Assembly (NCBI GenBank): GCA_009927815.1
Contig: RFMI01000139.1
Location: forward strand, 1 to 57,279
From: Betaproteobacteria bacterium
GTDB lineage: Bacteria; Pseudomonadota; Gammaproteobacteria; Burkholderiales; UBA3065
Length of the DNA stretch: 57,279 nt
Reading direction: 5' to 3'
The notes below the pieces were generated by a model. The model saw only the letters and a list, made by a program, of their open reading frames with translations, did no database searches and had not been told where the DNA came from. The translations under genes and the position numbers were made by a program. Of this stretch, positions 1 to 9,940 are shown in pieces (within the stretch, counting starts at the first letter, position 1; every line of letters begins with the position of its first letter).

Positions 1-1063
1 GATGAGCCGTATCGACGCGGTTGCGCAGCACCGACTCGGCGTCGCCATCACCACCCATGCCTTCCAGTTCGGTGCGCAAGGCCGCCAGCAGCTCGGGGAG
101 CTCTTCGCTGCGCCGGCGGTGTTTGCGTGCCAGGCGTTGCACCTCGGCCAGCTGCGTTTCCACTTCGCTTAATCGGTCCGGATCGATCTCGACGCGGTCG
201 AGGTAGCGCCGCAACTGTGACGCCGCTTCACCGATGTGCGCCGAAGCGGCGTGCAGCGCGCTGGCGGTGTCGCCGAGTCGCGGGTCGATGGCCGTGGCGT
301 CATCGATGCGAATCTGCGCTGCCGCCACCAGGTCGCTGGCATTGGTCTCGGATTCGCTGATGGCGTCCAGGGCCGCCTGGGAGGCGTCGATCAGGCCCTG
401 AGCGTGCGCCAGCCGCTGGTGCTCAGCCTCCAGTTCGGCCAGCGATTCGCGATCGCCGGCGAGGGGTTCCAGTTCGGCGATGTCGTGACGCAATTCGAGC
501 AGCCGCGCGGTCCATGCGGCAGCCGAGGCTTGCCAGTTGCGCAGCGCGGCGTCTGCGCCGTGCCAGTCGCGAAAGGCTGCTGCGACCGCCTGCGCCAGCC
601 CGTCGGCAGCGGCGTAGCGGTCGAGGAACTCGCGTTGCACCTCGGGCCGCGTCAGCATCAGGTGAGCGTTCTGCCCGTGTACGTTGACCAGTTGTTCGGT
701 CGCTTCACGCAGTTGCGCCAGAGTTGCCGGTCGGCCGTTGATGGCGGCGCGCGACCGGCCGCTGGTGTCGACCACACGGCGCAGCAGCAACAGGCCCGGC
801 TCATCGGCGCAGTCGTTGTCGTCTAGCCAGCTGGTGAGCGGACCCGCCGGGTCGAACTCGAAGGTGGCGGCCAGTTCGGCGCGTTCGGCGCCAGGCCGGA
901 TCAAACCCGGGGAGGCGCGCTCGCCGAGCAGCAGGCCGAGTGCATCGAGCAGGATCGATTTGCCAGCCCCGGTCTCGCCGGTGAGCACATTGAAGCCCGA
1001 CCCGAAATCGAGGTCGAGCCGGTCGACGATGACGAAATCGCGGATGCTGATCGAGCCGAGCAT
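1..1063 (-). CDS. recN: DNA repair protein RecN (N-terminal part only; the gene runs off the window start)
   Basis: Absent from the ORF track because it is open to the window edge. The reverse complement from ATG (cat at 1061-1063) reads MLGSISIRDFVIVDRLDLDFGSGFNVLTGETGAGKSILLDALGLLLGERA, a RecN/SMC-type Walker A N-terminus. It lies directly downstream of nadK. Confidence 0.85.
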   Translation of the reverse strand, partial: MLGSISIRDFVIVDRLDLDFGSGFNVLTGETGAGKSILLDALGLLLGERASPGLIRPGAERAELAATFEFDPAGPLTSWLDDNDCADEPGLLLLRRVVDTSGRSRAAINGRPATLAQLREATEQLVNVHGQNAHLMLTRPEVQREFLDRYAAADGLAQAVAAAFRDWHGADAALRNWQASAAAWTARLLELRHDIAELEPLAGDRESLAELEAEHQRLAHAQGLIDASQAALDAISESETNASDLVAAAQIRIDDATAIDPRLGDTASALHAASAHIGEAASQLRRYLDRVEIDPDRLSEVETQLAEVQRLARKHRRRSEELPELLAALRTELEGMGGDGDAESVLRNRVDTAH

Positions 1064-1080
1064 GGCGTGCAGGTGGCGGT

Positions 1081-1980
1081 CTAACCGGTCCAGCCGAGTT
1101 TTTCGCGGAGGGTGCGGTAGTAGCTGTAGTCGAGGGGGTGGAGCAATCGCACCCGCTGGGGATGGATGCTCACGGTCAGGCGGTCCCCGGCCAGCAGGCT
1201 GTGATGGCCGCGCCCGTCAAAGTAGACGCTGCCCTCGGTCGACTGCAGCACCAGCACCTCCACCCGACTGCCGTCGCCCACCACCAGCGGCCGGTTCGAC
1301 AAGGTGTGCGGGCTCACCGGCACCAGAATCAGCCCGGCCACTGACGGGTGGACGATCGGTCCGCCCGAGGACAGGGCGTAGGCGGTCGAGCCGGTGGGTG
1401 TCGCTAGGATCAGGCCATCGGCGCGCAGCTCGTAGGCAAACTCGCCGTCGACGAACACCTGAAACTCGATCATGCCGCCTTGCACGCCGCGACTGGCGAC
1501 GACGTCATTGAAGGCCAGGGTCTCGGTCACAGTGCTGCCGTCGCGTCCCAGGCTGGCTTGCAGCAAGGTGCGGTCTTCCGGGCGATAGCGGCCGTCCAGA
1601 ACGCCAGCCAAGGCCGGCAGCATGTCGTCGAGTGCGATGTCGGTGGTGAAGCCGAGGCGGCCACGGTTGACGCCGACCAGTGGCACGCCCGATCCGGCGA
1701 GCGCTCGTGCTGCGGTGAGCAGGGTGCCATCGCCGCCGACCACGATCGCCAAGTCAGCTTCGGCGCCGATGCGCTCGAAATCAGCGGCCGGTACGCCGTC
1801 CAAATCAAGGCACTCGTGGGTGTGTCGCTCGACCAACACGCGCAGACCGCGCTCTGTCAGAAAGCGCACCAGCTGCAGCAGCTGCGCGCAGGTGCCGGCG
1901 CGGGCGAACTTGCCGATGACTGCGGCGGTCTGAAAGGCTTGCATGCGAGCCATTAAACCACAACGGTCTGCTGGCTCCAT
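1081..1980 (-). CDS. nadK: NAD kinase
   Basis: 299-aa ORF with the motifs IVVGGDGTLL and GVNRGRLGFTTDI typical of NAD kinase. The true start may be an internal Met (1953 or 1944). Divergent from hrcA. Confidence 0.92.
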   Translation of the reverse strand: MEPADRCGLMARMQAFQTAAVIGKFARAGTCAQLLQLVRFLTERGLRVLVERHTHECLDLDGVPAADFERIGAEADLAIVVGGDGTLLTAARALAGSGVPLVGVNRGRLGFTTDIALDDMLPALAGVLDGRYRPEDRTLLQASLGRDGSTVTETLAFNDVVASRGVQGGMIEFQVFVDGEFAYELRADGLILATPTGSTAYALSSGGPIVHPSVAGLILVPVSPHTLSNRPLVVGDGSRVEVLVLQSTEGSVYFDGRGHHSLLAGDRLTVSIHPQRVRLLHPLDYSYYRTLREKLGWTG

Positions 1981-2011
1981 CGGCCATCTGACCGCCTGCT
2001 AAACTCGCACC

Positions 2012-3022
2012 ATGCTCAACGACCGTGCCCAGATCCTGCTCAAACTGCTGGTGGAGCAGTACATCGCCGACGGGCAACCGGTCGGTTCGCGCACGCTGTC
2101 GCGCCAGTCCGGTCTTGACCTGTCGGCGGCGACCATCCGCAACGTCATGGCCGATCTCGAAGAGATGGGTTTCATCACCAGTCCGCACACCTCGGCGGGC
2201 CGTGTGCCGACGCCGCGTGGATACCGCGTCTTCGTCGACAGCCTGCTCACCGTGCAGCCGCTGGAGCGCGCGCAGATCGAGCGGGTCGAGGGCCAATTGG
2301 CGCCGAGCAATCCACAGCAACTGATCAGTACGGCCTCGCAGGTGCTCTCCGAATTGTCGCGTTTCGCGGGCGTCGTGAGCATCACCCGTCGTGCTGAGCC
2401 GTCGATCCGTCAGGTCGAGTTTTTGGCGCTGTCCGAGCGGCGCGTGCTGCTGGTGCTGATCACCACCGATGGCGATGTGCAGAACCGCATCATCCACCTG
2501 AGCCAGCAGCCGGTGCCCTCGCAACTGGTGGATGCGGCAAGCTACTTCAACGAGCATTTCGCGGGTCAGACGCTCGGGCAGATGCAGCGCCGACTGCGCG
2601 ACGAGCTGCACGCGCTGCGCCACGACCTGCAGACGCTGATGTCGGCGGTGCTGGCCGCTGGGCCGTCCAGTTCAGCTGGGGACTGCGTGATCTCCGGCGA
2701 AGGCAACCTGCTGCGCACCGAAGACCTCACCAGCGATCTGGCGCGTCTGCGCTCGCTGTTCGAGGTGTTCGAGACCAAGACCGGCTTGTTGCAGATCTTT
2801 GAAGCCAGTGACAATGCCCAAGGCGTGCAAATTTTTATCGGGGGCGAGTCCGGAGTCACGGCACTAGACGAGTGCAGTGTGGTCACAGCCCCGTACGAGA
2901 TCGACGGGCAGGTGGTTGGTACCTTGGGCGTCATCGGGCCGACGCGCATGGCGTATGAGCGCGTCATCCCGATTGTCGACGTCACCGCCAGGCTGCTGTC
3001 CAACGCGCTTTCGGCGGCGTGA
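2012..3022 (+). CDS. hrcA: Heat-inducible transcription repressor HrcA
   Basis: 336-aa ORF. The N-terminus [30 protein letters not shown] is a winged-helix HrcA signature. Length and the C-terminal [21 protein letters not shown] motif also fit. Confidence 0.93.
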   Translation: MLNDRAQILLKLLVEQYIADGQPVGSRTLSRQSGLDLSAATIRNVMADLEEMGFITSPHTSAGRVPTPRGYRVFVDSLLTVQPLERAQIERVEGQLAPSNPQQLISTASQVLSELSRFAGVVSITRRAEPSIRQVEFLALSERRVLLVLITTDGDVQNRIIHLSQQPVPSQLVDAASYFNEHFAGQTLGQMQRRLRDELHALRHDLQTLMSAVLAAGPSSSAGDCVISGEGNLLRTEDLTSDLARLRSLFEVFETKTGLLQIFEASDNAQGVQIFIGGESGVTALDECSVVTAPYEIDGQVVGTLGVIGPTRMAYERVIPIVDVTARLLSNALSAA

Positions 3023-3061
3023 GTCTGCGCCGCACAACCGTCCCCACTGACAGGATCGCTG

Positions 3062-4156
3062 ATGCCCCGTTATTTGCCTGAACCGGCTTTTTCCCACGGC
3101 GATCGTCCGCGCATTGGCGTGTTGCTGGTCAATCTGGGCACCCCCGACGCGCCGACAGCGCCAGCGCTGCGCCGTTACCTGGCCGAGTTCCTCTGGGATC
3201 CGCGGGTGGTCGAGATCCCCCGCGCGATCTGGTGGTTCATTCTCAACGGCATCATCCTGCCTCTGCGTCCGCGCGCCTCTGCGGCCAAGTACGCCTCGGT
3301 CTGGACGCCGGAGGGTTCGCCGCTGCGGGTCTACACCGAACGCATCGTAGCTGCGTTAAAGGGTCGCCTCGAGGCGTTGTTCGGTGACACCGTGGTCATC
3401 GATTACGCGATGCGCTACGGTCGTCCGACGGTCGCTGACGCCATCGCCGCCTTGCGCGTGTTGCATTGCGACCGACTGTTGGTGATCCCGCTCTATCCGC
3501 AGTTCGCCGGCAGTACCACTGCCTCGGTGTTCGACGCCGTGTTTGACGCCCTCAAGCAGCGGCGTGTCGTGCCGGAGCTGCGCATGGTTCGCAACTTCCA
3601 CGACCGGCCAGACTACATCGCGGCTGTCGCTGCCAGTATTCGAGCGTACTGGGACCAGCACGGCGAGCCGGACAAACTGGTCATGAGCTTCCACGGAGTT
3701 CCGCGCCGCTCCCTCGATCTCGGCGACATGTACCACTGCGAATGCCACAAGACCGGCCGCTTGGTGGCGCAAGCCCTGGGCTTGCCGCGCGAACGCTGGC
3801 AGGTGTGCTTCCAGTCGCGCTTTGGCAAGGCCGAGTGGCTCAAGCCCTACACCGCGCCAACCCTGGTGGACATGGCGGAGTCAGGTGTCGGTCGCGTTGA
3901 TGTGGTGTGTCCGGGCTTTGTCTCCGATTGCTTGGAGACGCTGGAAGAAATGGCGATGGAGGCCCGTGAGGAGTTCCTCACGCATGGCGGGCGCGAGTTC
4001 CACTACATCCCGTGCCTCAACGACCGTGAAGATTGGGTCGACGTGCTGGGCCACATCATCGATGAGCAGACCGCCGATTGGCGAGCGACTCAGCCGGGCG
4101 CCGAGCAGCTGGCGATCAGTCGCGCTCAGGCGCTGGCCATCGGCGCACAGCAGTAG
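3062..4156 (+). CDS. hemH: Ferrochelatase
   Basis: 364-aa ORF. GVLLVNLGTPDAPT, LYPQF and SFHGVP motifs are typical of HemH. Confidence 0.93.
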   Translation: MPRYLPEPAFSHGDRPRIGVLLVNLGTPDAPTAPALRRYLAEFLWDPRVVEIPRAIWWFILNGIILPLRPRASAAKYASVWTPEGSPLRVYTERIVAALKGRLEALFGDTVVIDYAMRYGRPTVADAIAALRVLHCDRLLVIPLYPQFAGSTTASVFDAVFDALKQRRVVPELRMVRNFHDRPDYIAAVAASIRAYWDQHGEPDKLVMSFHGVPRRSLDLGDMYHCECHKTGRLVAQALGLPRERWQVCFQSRFGKAEWLKPYTAPTLVDMAESGVGRVDVVCPGFVSDCLETLEEMAMEAREEFLTHGGREFHYIPCLNDREDWVDVLGHIIDEQTADWRATQPGAEQLAISRAQALAIGAQQ

Positions 4157-4198
4157 CCGCGGTCGTCTCGGCGGCGAGCCTGCTGTCCGGAGGCGGCC

Positions 4199-5959
4199 CT
4201 ACTGTGGCAGTGCGAACACCGCGATGGTGTCACCGGTTTTGAAGCCGAATAGCGAGTTGCCGCCCGCCGCCACCGCCACATATTGCCGGCCGTCGATGCT
4301 GTAGGTGATCGGTGGTGCGTTGACGCCGGCCTCAAGCTGCGCGCTCCACAGCGCCGTGCCGCTGCTGCTGTCGAAGGCGCCGATGCGTTGACCGCCGATG
4401 CCGCTGAACACCAGTCCGCCGGCTGTGGCCAGCACGCCACCGAGCAGCGGTTCGTCGGTCTTGACCTGCCAGCGGATCTTGCCTGAGCCAAGGTCGACGG
4501 CACTCAGCGTGCCCGAGCGTTCCTTGCCCTCCTGGGTCGAGGCATAGCTCAGCATCGAGCCGTCGGCTTGCTTCACCGAGTTGGCGATGTAGCGCGTCGG
4601 CAAGTTCAGCGCCGCGACGAACATCAGTTGCTGCGCGCCATCGATCGCTGTCGGTGACCAGTTGGCGCCACCCGCGATGCCCGGTGCCACCAGCACGCCG
4701 TCGCCGGGCGCTGGCGGCGAGAATAGGTTGGACTGCGGTACGAACGGTTCCGAGCGCGTGATCAACTTGCCGGTCTCGCGCTCGTGCACGAACACCCAGC
4801 CCATCTTGCTGGCGTGGGCGATGGCGGGAATGGTCTTGCTCCCTGTCTTGAGATCGAACATCACCGCTGGGCTGGCGACGTCGTAGCCCCAGCGGTCGTG
4901 CGGCACTTGCTGGTAGTGCCAAACGCGCTTGCCAGTTTCGAGGTCGAGAACGATCAGGGACGAGGTGTAGAGGTTGTCGCCGGGCCGCGACGCGTCGGCC
5001 ATCTGCGGTGAGGGGTTGCCGCTGCCGAAGGCGAGCCAGCCGCGTTGCGGGTCGATGGTGGGGGTGGCCCAGATCGAGCCGCCACCGTACTTCCAGCTGT
5101 CAGCGAATCGCGCCGCTGCCGTTTTTTCACCGGCGATGTCGCGGTTGAGGTTCACCCCGTAATCGGTGAGTCCTTTGAAACCGCCTTCCCAGCCGACCTG
5201 GGTGATGTCGAACTGCCAGAGCTTGCCGCCCTTCTCGGCGTCGAAGGCGGCGATGAAGCCGGATTGTCCATAGTTGCCGCTCACACCCACCACCGACAGG
5301 CCCGCGTCCGGGTGCAGGCCGTAGCCAACACCATTGATACCGACCAGCACCTTGCCCTGATAGACCATCGGCGCCATGGCGATGCCGACACCGGTGCCGC
5401 CGACGTCGCCGACTTTGGCCAGCGGGTCGTTCTCGGCCAGCTGCTTGGTCTCTTCGCGCTGCCCTTGGTAGGTGGCGACCGAGACGTCCCACACCGGTTT
5501 GCCATTGGCGGCGTCAAGCGCGATCAGGCGGCCATCGACGCTGCCGACGTAGACCTTGCCGCCGTCCACTGCAACCCCGCGATTGGCGGGTCCGCAGCAC
5601 AGTCGAGTCCAACGCAGGGTGTGGGTGTAGCGCCACCGTTCGGCGCCGGTGCGGGCGTCAAGTGCCAGCACATGCGAGCCCGGTAGCGAGACGTACATCA
5701 CGCCATTGACCACGATGGGCGTCGACTGGAACGTCGCCTTGACGCCGGTATTGACGGTCCAAGCCGGTTGCAGGCGTGACACGGTGTCGCGGTTGATCTC
5801 GGTGAGCGGCGAGAAGCGCTGACCGCCCAGGTCGTGGCCGTGCAAAGCCCAGTCGTCGGCGTAGGTCGTACCGGCTGCGCCGAGGATCAGTAGGCGATGG
5901 CGAACCCGGCGGCAGCTGGCGGCAGGCGGTTGCGGCTGTGTGTCATGGCGAGGATCCAA
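4199..5959 (-). CDS. PQQ-dependent dehydrogenase (quinoprotein beta-propeller; glucose/alcohol dehydrogenase family)
   Basis: 586-aa ORF with repeated W-containing propeller blades, a vicinal Cys pair (RLCCGPANRG) and an HDRWGYD motif resembling the HDxWDxD active-site region of quinoproteins. The substrate cannot be assigned. Confidence 0.75.
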   Translation of the reverse strand: MDPRHDTQPQPPAASCRRVRHRLLILGAAGTTYADDWALHGHDLGGQRFSPLTEINRDTVSRLQPAWTVNTGVKATFQSTPIVVNGVMYVSLPGSHVLALDARTGAERWRYTHTLRWTRLCCGPANRGVAVDGGKVYVGSVDGRLIALDAANGKPVWDVSVATYQGQREETKQLAENDPLAKVGDVGGTGVGIAMAPMVYQGKVLVGINGVGYGLHPDAGLSVVGVSGNYGQSGFIAAFDAEKGGKLWQFDITQVGWEGGFKGLTDYGVNLNRDIAGEKTAAARFADSWKYGGGSIWATPTIDPQRGWLAFGSGNPSPQMADASRPGDNLYTSSLIVLDLETGKRVWHYQQVPHDRWGYDVASPAVMFDLKTGSKTIPAIAHASKMGWVFVHERETGKLITRSEPFVPQSNLFSPPAPGDGVLVAPGIAGGANWSPTAIDGAQQLMFVAALNLPTRYIANSVKQADGSMLSYASTQEGKERSGTLSAVDLGSGKIRWQVKTDEPLLGGVLATAGGLVFSGIGGQRIGAFDSSSGTALWSAQLEAGVNAPPITYSIDGRQYVAVAAGGNSLFGFKTGDTIAVFALPQ

Positions 5960-6079
5960 AGCGAGTGCAGATGAGCCGAGAGACTATCGCATCCACAGTC
6001 CAAAACCACTGCGACTGATCGGCAGGACTCTGGTGCACGCAGGCTGCCCCGCGTGCGCCCGCCTGCTACAGTAATCGGC

Positions 6080-7438
6080 ATGAGACTCGAACACGTGCCT
6101 GCCACTGCGCAGATCCCGCAGATCGACATCCCGGCTTTTGATGCCACACCCTGGGCTGCACGCCGCGCCGAGTTGTTGCGGCGCATGGGCTCGGGCGTGG
6201 CGGTCATTCCCACCGGCAGCGAGGTCCTGCGCAACCGCGACGCGCACTTCCCATTTCGCTTCGACAGCTATTTCTATTACCTCACCGGTTTTACCGAGCC
6301 CGATGCCGTGTTGGTGCTGGTTGCCGGCGAACAGCCGCAAAGCATCCTGTTCTGCTTGCCCAAAGACGAGACGCGCGAAATCTGGGACGGCTACCGCTAC
6401 GGCCCCGATGCGGCCCGTGACACGTTTGCGCTGGACGCGGCCCACACCCTCGACGCCCTTGACGAAGTTCTGCCCAAGTTGATGGCTGACCGCGATGCGG
6501 TCTGGTACTCGCTCGGGCACGACGCGGCCTGGGATGCGCGGCTCAACGGCTGGCTCAACGCCGTTCGCGGACTGGTGCGCACCGGCGTGACAGCGCCCGA
6601 GGCCGTGCGCGACGTCCGTGTGCTGCTCGACGAGATGCGCTTGATCAAGGACGCCAGCGAACTGGCGACCATGCGCCGTGCCGCGGCCATCTCTTGCCGC
6701 GCCCATGCCCGTGCCATGCGGTTTACCCGTCCGGGTGTGCGCGAGTTCCAGGTCGAGGCCGAGTTGCTCCACGAGTTCCGCATGGGCGGGGCGCAGAGTC
6801 CGGCCTACGGCAGCATCGTCGCCACCGGCGCCAATGCCTGTGTCCTGCACTACCGAGCCGACAGCGCGGTCTGCGCCGACGGCGATTTGCTGCTGATCGA
6901 CGCCGGTTGTGAGGTCGACGGCTACGCGAGTGACATTACCCGCACTTTTCCGGTCAACGGCCGCTTCTCCGGGCCGCAGCGCGACTGCTACGAGCTGGTG
7001 CTGGCGGCGCAGGCGGCGGCCTTTGCCGCCACCGCACCCGGCCGCCACTGGAACGAGCCACACGACGCCGCGGTGAAGGTGTTGGCGCAGGGCTTCATCG
7101 ACCTTGGCCTGCTGCAGGGCTCACTCGACGGCGTGCTGGAGAGCAAGGCCTACAGCCGCTTTTACATGCACCGCACCGGCCACTGGCTCGGCCTCGACGT
7201 GCACGACGCCGGCGATTACAAGGTGGGCGGCGACTGGCGACCGCTGGTGCCAGGGATGGTGCTGACCATCGAGCCGGGCTGTTACATCCGGCCGGCCGAT
7301 GACATCGATGCGCGCTTCCACAACATCGGTATTCGTATCGAAGACGACGCGCTGGTGACGGCTGATGGTCACGACAATCTGACGCAGGACGCACCGAAGT
7401 CGCTCGCCGACATCGAGGCTCTGATGCGCGACCGCTGA
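6080..7438 (+). CDS. pepP: Xaa-Pro aminopeptidase (aminopeptidase P)
   Basis: N-terminal AMP_N-like region plus an M24 pita-bread domain (DGYASDITRTFPVNG, HRTGHWLGLDVHD, TIEPG). The track ORF starts at GTG 6053, but ATG at 6080 is the more plausible start. Confidence 0.9.
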   Translation: MRLEHVPATAQIPQIDIPAFDATPWAARRAELLRRMGSGVAVIPTGSEVLRNRDAHFPFRFDSYFYYLTGFTEPDAVLVLVAGEQPQSILFCLPKDETREIWDGYRYGPDAARDTFALDAAHTLDALDEVLPKLMADRDAVWYSLGHDAAWDARLNGWLNAVRGLVRTGVTAPEAVRDVRVLLDEMRLIKDASELATMRRAAAISCRAHARAMRFTRPGVREFQVEAELLHEFRMGGAQSPAYGSIVATGANACVLHYRADSAVCADGDLLLIDAGCEVDGYASDITRTFPVNGRFSGPQRDCYELVLAAQAAAFAATAPGRHWNEPHDAAVKVLAQGFIDLGLLQGSLDGVLESKAYSRFYMHRTGHWLGLDVHDAGDYKVGGDWRPLVPGMVLTIEPGCYIRPADDIDARFHNIGIRIEDDALVTADGHDNLTQDAPKSLADIEALMRDR

Positions 7439-8598
7439 TGCGATCACCGGTCGACGTCGCAATCGTCGGGGGCGGGCCGGTCGGCTGCGCGTGCGCTGCC
7501 CTGTTGGTGCGCGGCGGCGTCTCGGTGGCCCTGCTGGAAGCCGGCACCGCTGTCGAACCGGACGCGCGCGCGCTGGCCATCGCCTGGTCGAGTCGGCAAA
7601 CGCTGGCGAGCTTGGGCGTCGATTGGTCGGCGCTCGAGGCGACGCCGATGCATCACGTGCATGTGTCCGAAGCAGGTCGGCCGGGCAGCACCGTGCTGGA
7701 TGCAGCCGACGCCGGACTGCCGGCACTGGGCTACACCGTGCGTTACAGCGACATTGCGCCGGCTCTACGCCGCGCGGCTGGCGCGGCACTGCACACGGGG
7801 GTGCGAGTGAGCGCGATGGAGCCGCCGGCCGGCAACGGACAGTTCGCGCGTTTACACCTGCAGACCGCCGACGGCGAGCAGTCTTTAGAGGCGCGCTTGG
7901 TGGTGGTGGCCGATGGCCAGGGCCAGTGGCCGGGCATTCGGCGGTATGCCAAACCGTATGACGCCGTCGCACTGTTGGTCGACCTGCACTTCGCGGCGGC
8001 GACGGCCGGCTGGGCGTGGGAGCGCTTTACCCCGGAGGGGCCGTTGGCCATCTTGCCGCGAGCCACGCCAGCCGGTTTACGCCACACCTTGATTTGGAGT
8101 GTGCGTCCGGAGCGCGCTCAGCAACTGGCAGTAGCGTCCGATGCCGAATTGGCCGCTGCTATCGAGCGTGGGGTTGGTCCACGCTTGGGCGCGGTGTTGC
8201 ACATCGACTCGCGGGCCACTCGCAGCTTAACGTTGGCAGTGGCCGAGCCGCGAACCGCCCCGCGTCTGGCGGTGGTCGGCAATGCTGCGCAGACGCTGCA
8301 CCCGATTGCGGGGCAGGGCCTCAATTTGGGCTTGCGCGACGCCGTCGACCTGGCTGCTGTGTTGTGCGACACGCCCGCTGAGCAGCGCGGTGGTGCGGCG
8401 ATGCTGGCGCACTTCGACCGCTTGCGCCGCAGCGATCGCCTCGGCGGTGTGGCCTACACCGATGGCTTGATCCGCGTCGCCGGTTTGAATGCGGGACCTC
8501 TGCGCACCCTGCGCGGGTTGGGGCTTGCCGCGCTCGACCTGCTGCCCGGTGCGCGCCAGCGTCTGTTGGCGCGCAGTGTGTTCGGGCTGCATGTTTGA
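7438..8598 (+). CDS. ubiH: UbiH/UbiF/VisC-family FAD-dependent ubiquinone biosynthesis hydroxylase
   Basis: N-terminal Rossmann motif VAIVGGGPVG and the family motif GNAAQTLHPIAGQGLNLGLRD. Its start overlaps the pepP stop (TGATG). Which paralogue it is remains uncertain. Confidence 0.85.
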   Translation: MRSPVDVAIVGGGPVGCACAALLVRGGVSVALLEAGTAVEPDARALAIAWSSRQTLASLGVDWSALEATPMHHVHVSEAGRPGSTVLDAADAGLPALGYTVRYSDIAPALRRAAGAALHTGVRVSAMEPPAGNGQFARLHLQTADGEQSLEARLVVVADGQGQWPGIRRYAKPYDAVALLVDLHFAAATAGWAWERFTPEGPLAILPRATPAGLRHTLIWSVRPERAQQLAVASDAELAAAIERGVGPRLGAVLHIDSRATRSLTLAVAEPRTAPRLAVVGNAAQTLHPIAGQGLNLGLRDAVDLAAVLCDTPAEQRGGAAMLAHFDRLRRSDRLGGVAYTDGLIRVAGLNAGPLRTLRGLGLAALDLLPGARQRLLARSVFGLHV

Positions 8599-8669
8599 TG
8601 CGAACATGACACTTCACGCAACAGGGGCTTGGCGCTAGACTTGCCAGCTTTCCGCAGCCCACCACATCT

Positions 8670-9707
8670 GTGCAAATCGGCCGCCACGTCCTCCGCAACA
8701 ATCTGTTTGTCGCCCCGATGGCGGGGGTGACCGACCGGCCATTCCGTCAGCTCTGCAAGACCTTGGGCGCAGGCGTGGCGGTGAGCGAGATGGTGACGTC
8801 CAATTCGCTGCTCTACGGCTCGGAGAAGACGCGTCGACGCGCCGACCACACCGGCGAGGTCGACCCGATCTCGGTGCAAATCGCCGGCGCCGACCCGGCC
8901 ATGCTCGCCGAGGCCGCCCGCTTCAATGTGGATCAAGGCGCGCAGATCATCGACATCAACATGGGCTGCCCGGCCAAGAAGGTCTGCAATGTGATGGCCG
9001 GCAGCGCGCTGATGCAGGACGAGCCTCTGGTCGGCCGCATCCTTGCGGCGGTGGTTAATGCTGTGCCCGAGGTGCCGGTTACGCTCAAGTTCCGCACCGG
9101 CTGGAACCGCGAGAACAAGAACGCGCCGATGGTTGCCCGCATCGCCGAGGAGTCGGGTATCCAGCTCATCGCCATTCACGGCCGCACGCGCGCCGATCAG
9201 TACATGGGCGACGCCGAGTACGACACGATCAAGCTGGTGAAGAGCCAGCGCAGCATCCCGGTGATCGCCAATGGAGATATCACCTCGCCGCAGAAGGCCA
9301 AGTTCGTGCTCGATCACACCGGCGCCGATGGCGTGATGATCGGTCGTGCGGCGCAGGGCCGGCCGTGGATCTTTCGCGAGATCGAGCACTTTCTGAAGAC
9401 CGGTGAGATCTTGCCGCCGCCGCGCGTCGACGAGATCCACCGGGTGATGGTCGCGCACATCGAGGACCTTTACGGCTTCTACGGCATCGAGCGCGGCCTG
9501 CGCGTCGCGCGCAAGCACATCAGCTGGTACACCAAGGGCTTGGTCGGGTCGGCGAGTTTCCGGCACGCCATGAACCAGCTCGAGACGGTCGCCGAACAGC
9601 GCGCCGCCATCGACCAGTTCTTTGCCAGCCTCGGCCACACCGGCGAGCGGCTGGTCTACGACGAGCTCGAAGCGGATGAGACCGTGGCGACGGAGCTGGC
9701 AGCATGA
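8670..9707 (+). CDS. dusB: tRNA-dihydrouridine synthase B
   Basis: 345-aa ORF (GTG start) with the motifs APMAGVTDRPFR and DINMGCPAKKV. It sits immediately upstream of fis, the conserved dusB-fis pair. Confidence 0.93.
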   Translation: MQIGRHVLRNNLFVAPMAGVTDRPFRQLCKTLGAGVAVSEMVTSNSLLYGSEKTRRRADHTGEVDPISVQIAGADPAMLAEAARFNVDQGAQIIDINMGCPAKKVCNVMAGSALMQDEPLVGRILAAVVNAVPEVPVTLKFRTGWNRENKNAPMVARIAEESGIQLIAIHGRTRADQYMGDAEYDTIKLVKSQRSIPVIANGDITSPQKAKFVLDHTGADGVMIGRAAQGRPWIFREIEHFLKTGEILPPPRVDEIHRVMVAHIEDLYGFYGIERGLRVARKHISWYTKGLVGSASFRHAMNQLETVAEQRAAIDQFFASLGHTGERLVYDELEADETVATELAA

Positions 9708-9940
9708 GCGGCGGTGAGATCTCCAACTGCGTGCGCCGCGCGCTCGAGGATTACTTTGCGCAGCTTGACGGTGAGCCGCCGCAAGAGGTCTACCAGATGG
9801 TTCTCGATTGCGTTGAAAAGCCGATGCTGGAGGTGGTGATGCGCCACGCCCGCGGCAATCAGACGCACGCGGCGCAAGTTCTAGGCATCAGTCGCAACAC
9901 CCTGCACAAGAAACTGGTCCAGCACGGACTCGATCAATGA
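9704..9940 (+). CDS. fis: DNA-binding protein Fis
   Basis: 78-aa ORF with the C-terminal [24 protein letters not shown]. It overlaps the dusB stop. Confidence 0.9.
   Translation: MSGGEISNCVRRALEDYFAQLDGEPPQEVYQMVLDCVEKPMLEVVMRHARGNQTHAAQVLGISRNTLHKKLVQHGLDQ

Noticed and set aside
1981-2011. A CIRCE operator (TTAGCACTC-N9-GAGTGCTAA) upstream of hrcA.
   Set aside because: No such inverted repeat is present in the short nadK-hrcA intergenic region.
4199-5959. The PQQ dehydrogenase as a lanthanide-dependent XoxF-type enzyme.
   Set aside because: The active-site stretch reads HDRWGYDV. Aligned to the methanol dehydrogenase motif HDEWDY(D/A)G, the usual catalytic Asp position is Gly. The stretch aligns about as well to the membrane glucose dehydrogenase HDLWDMDV. 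The alignment is too ambiguous without a proper profile.
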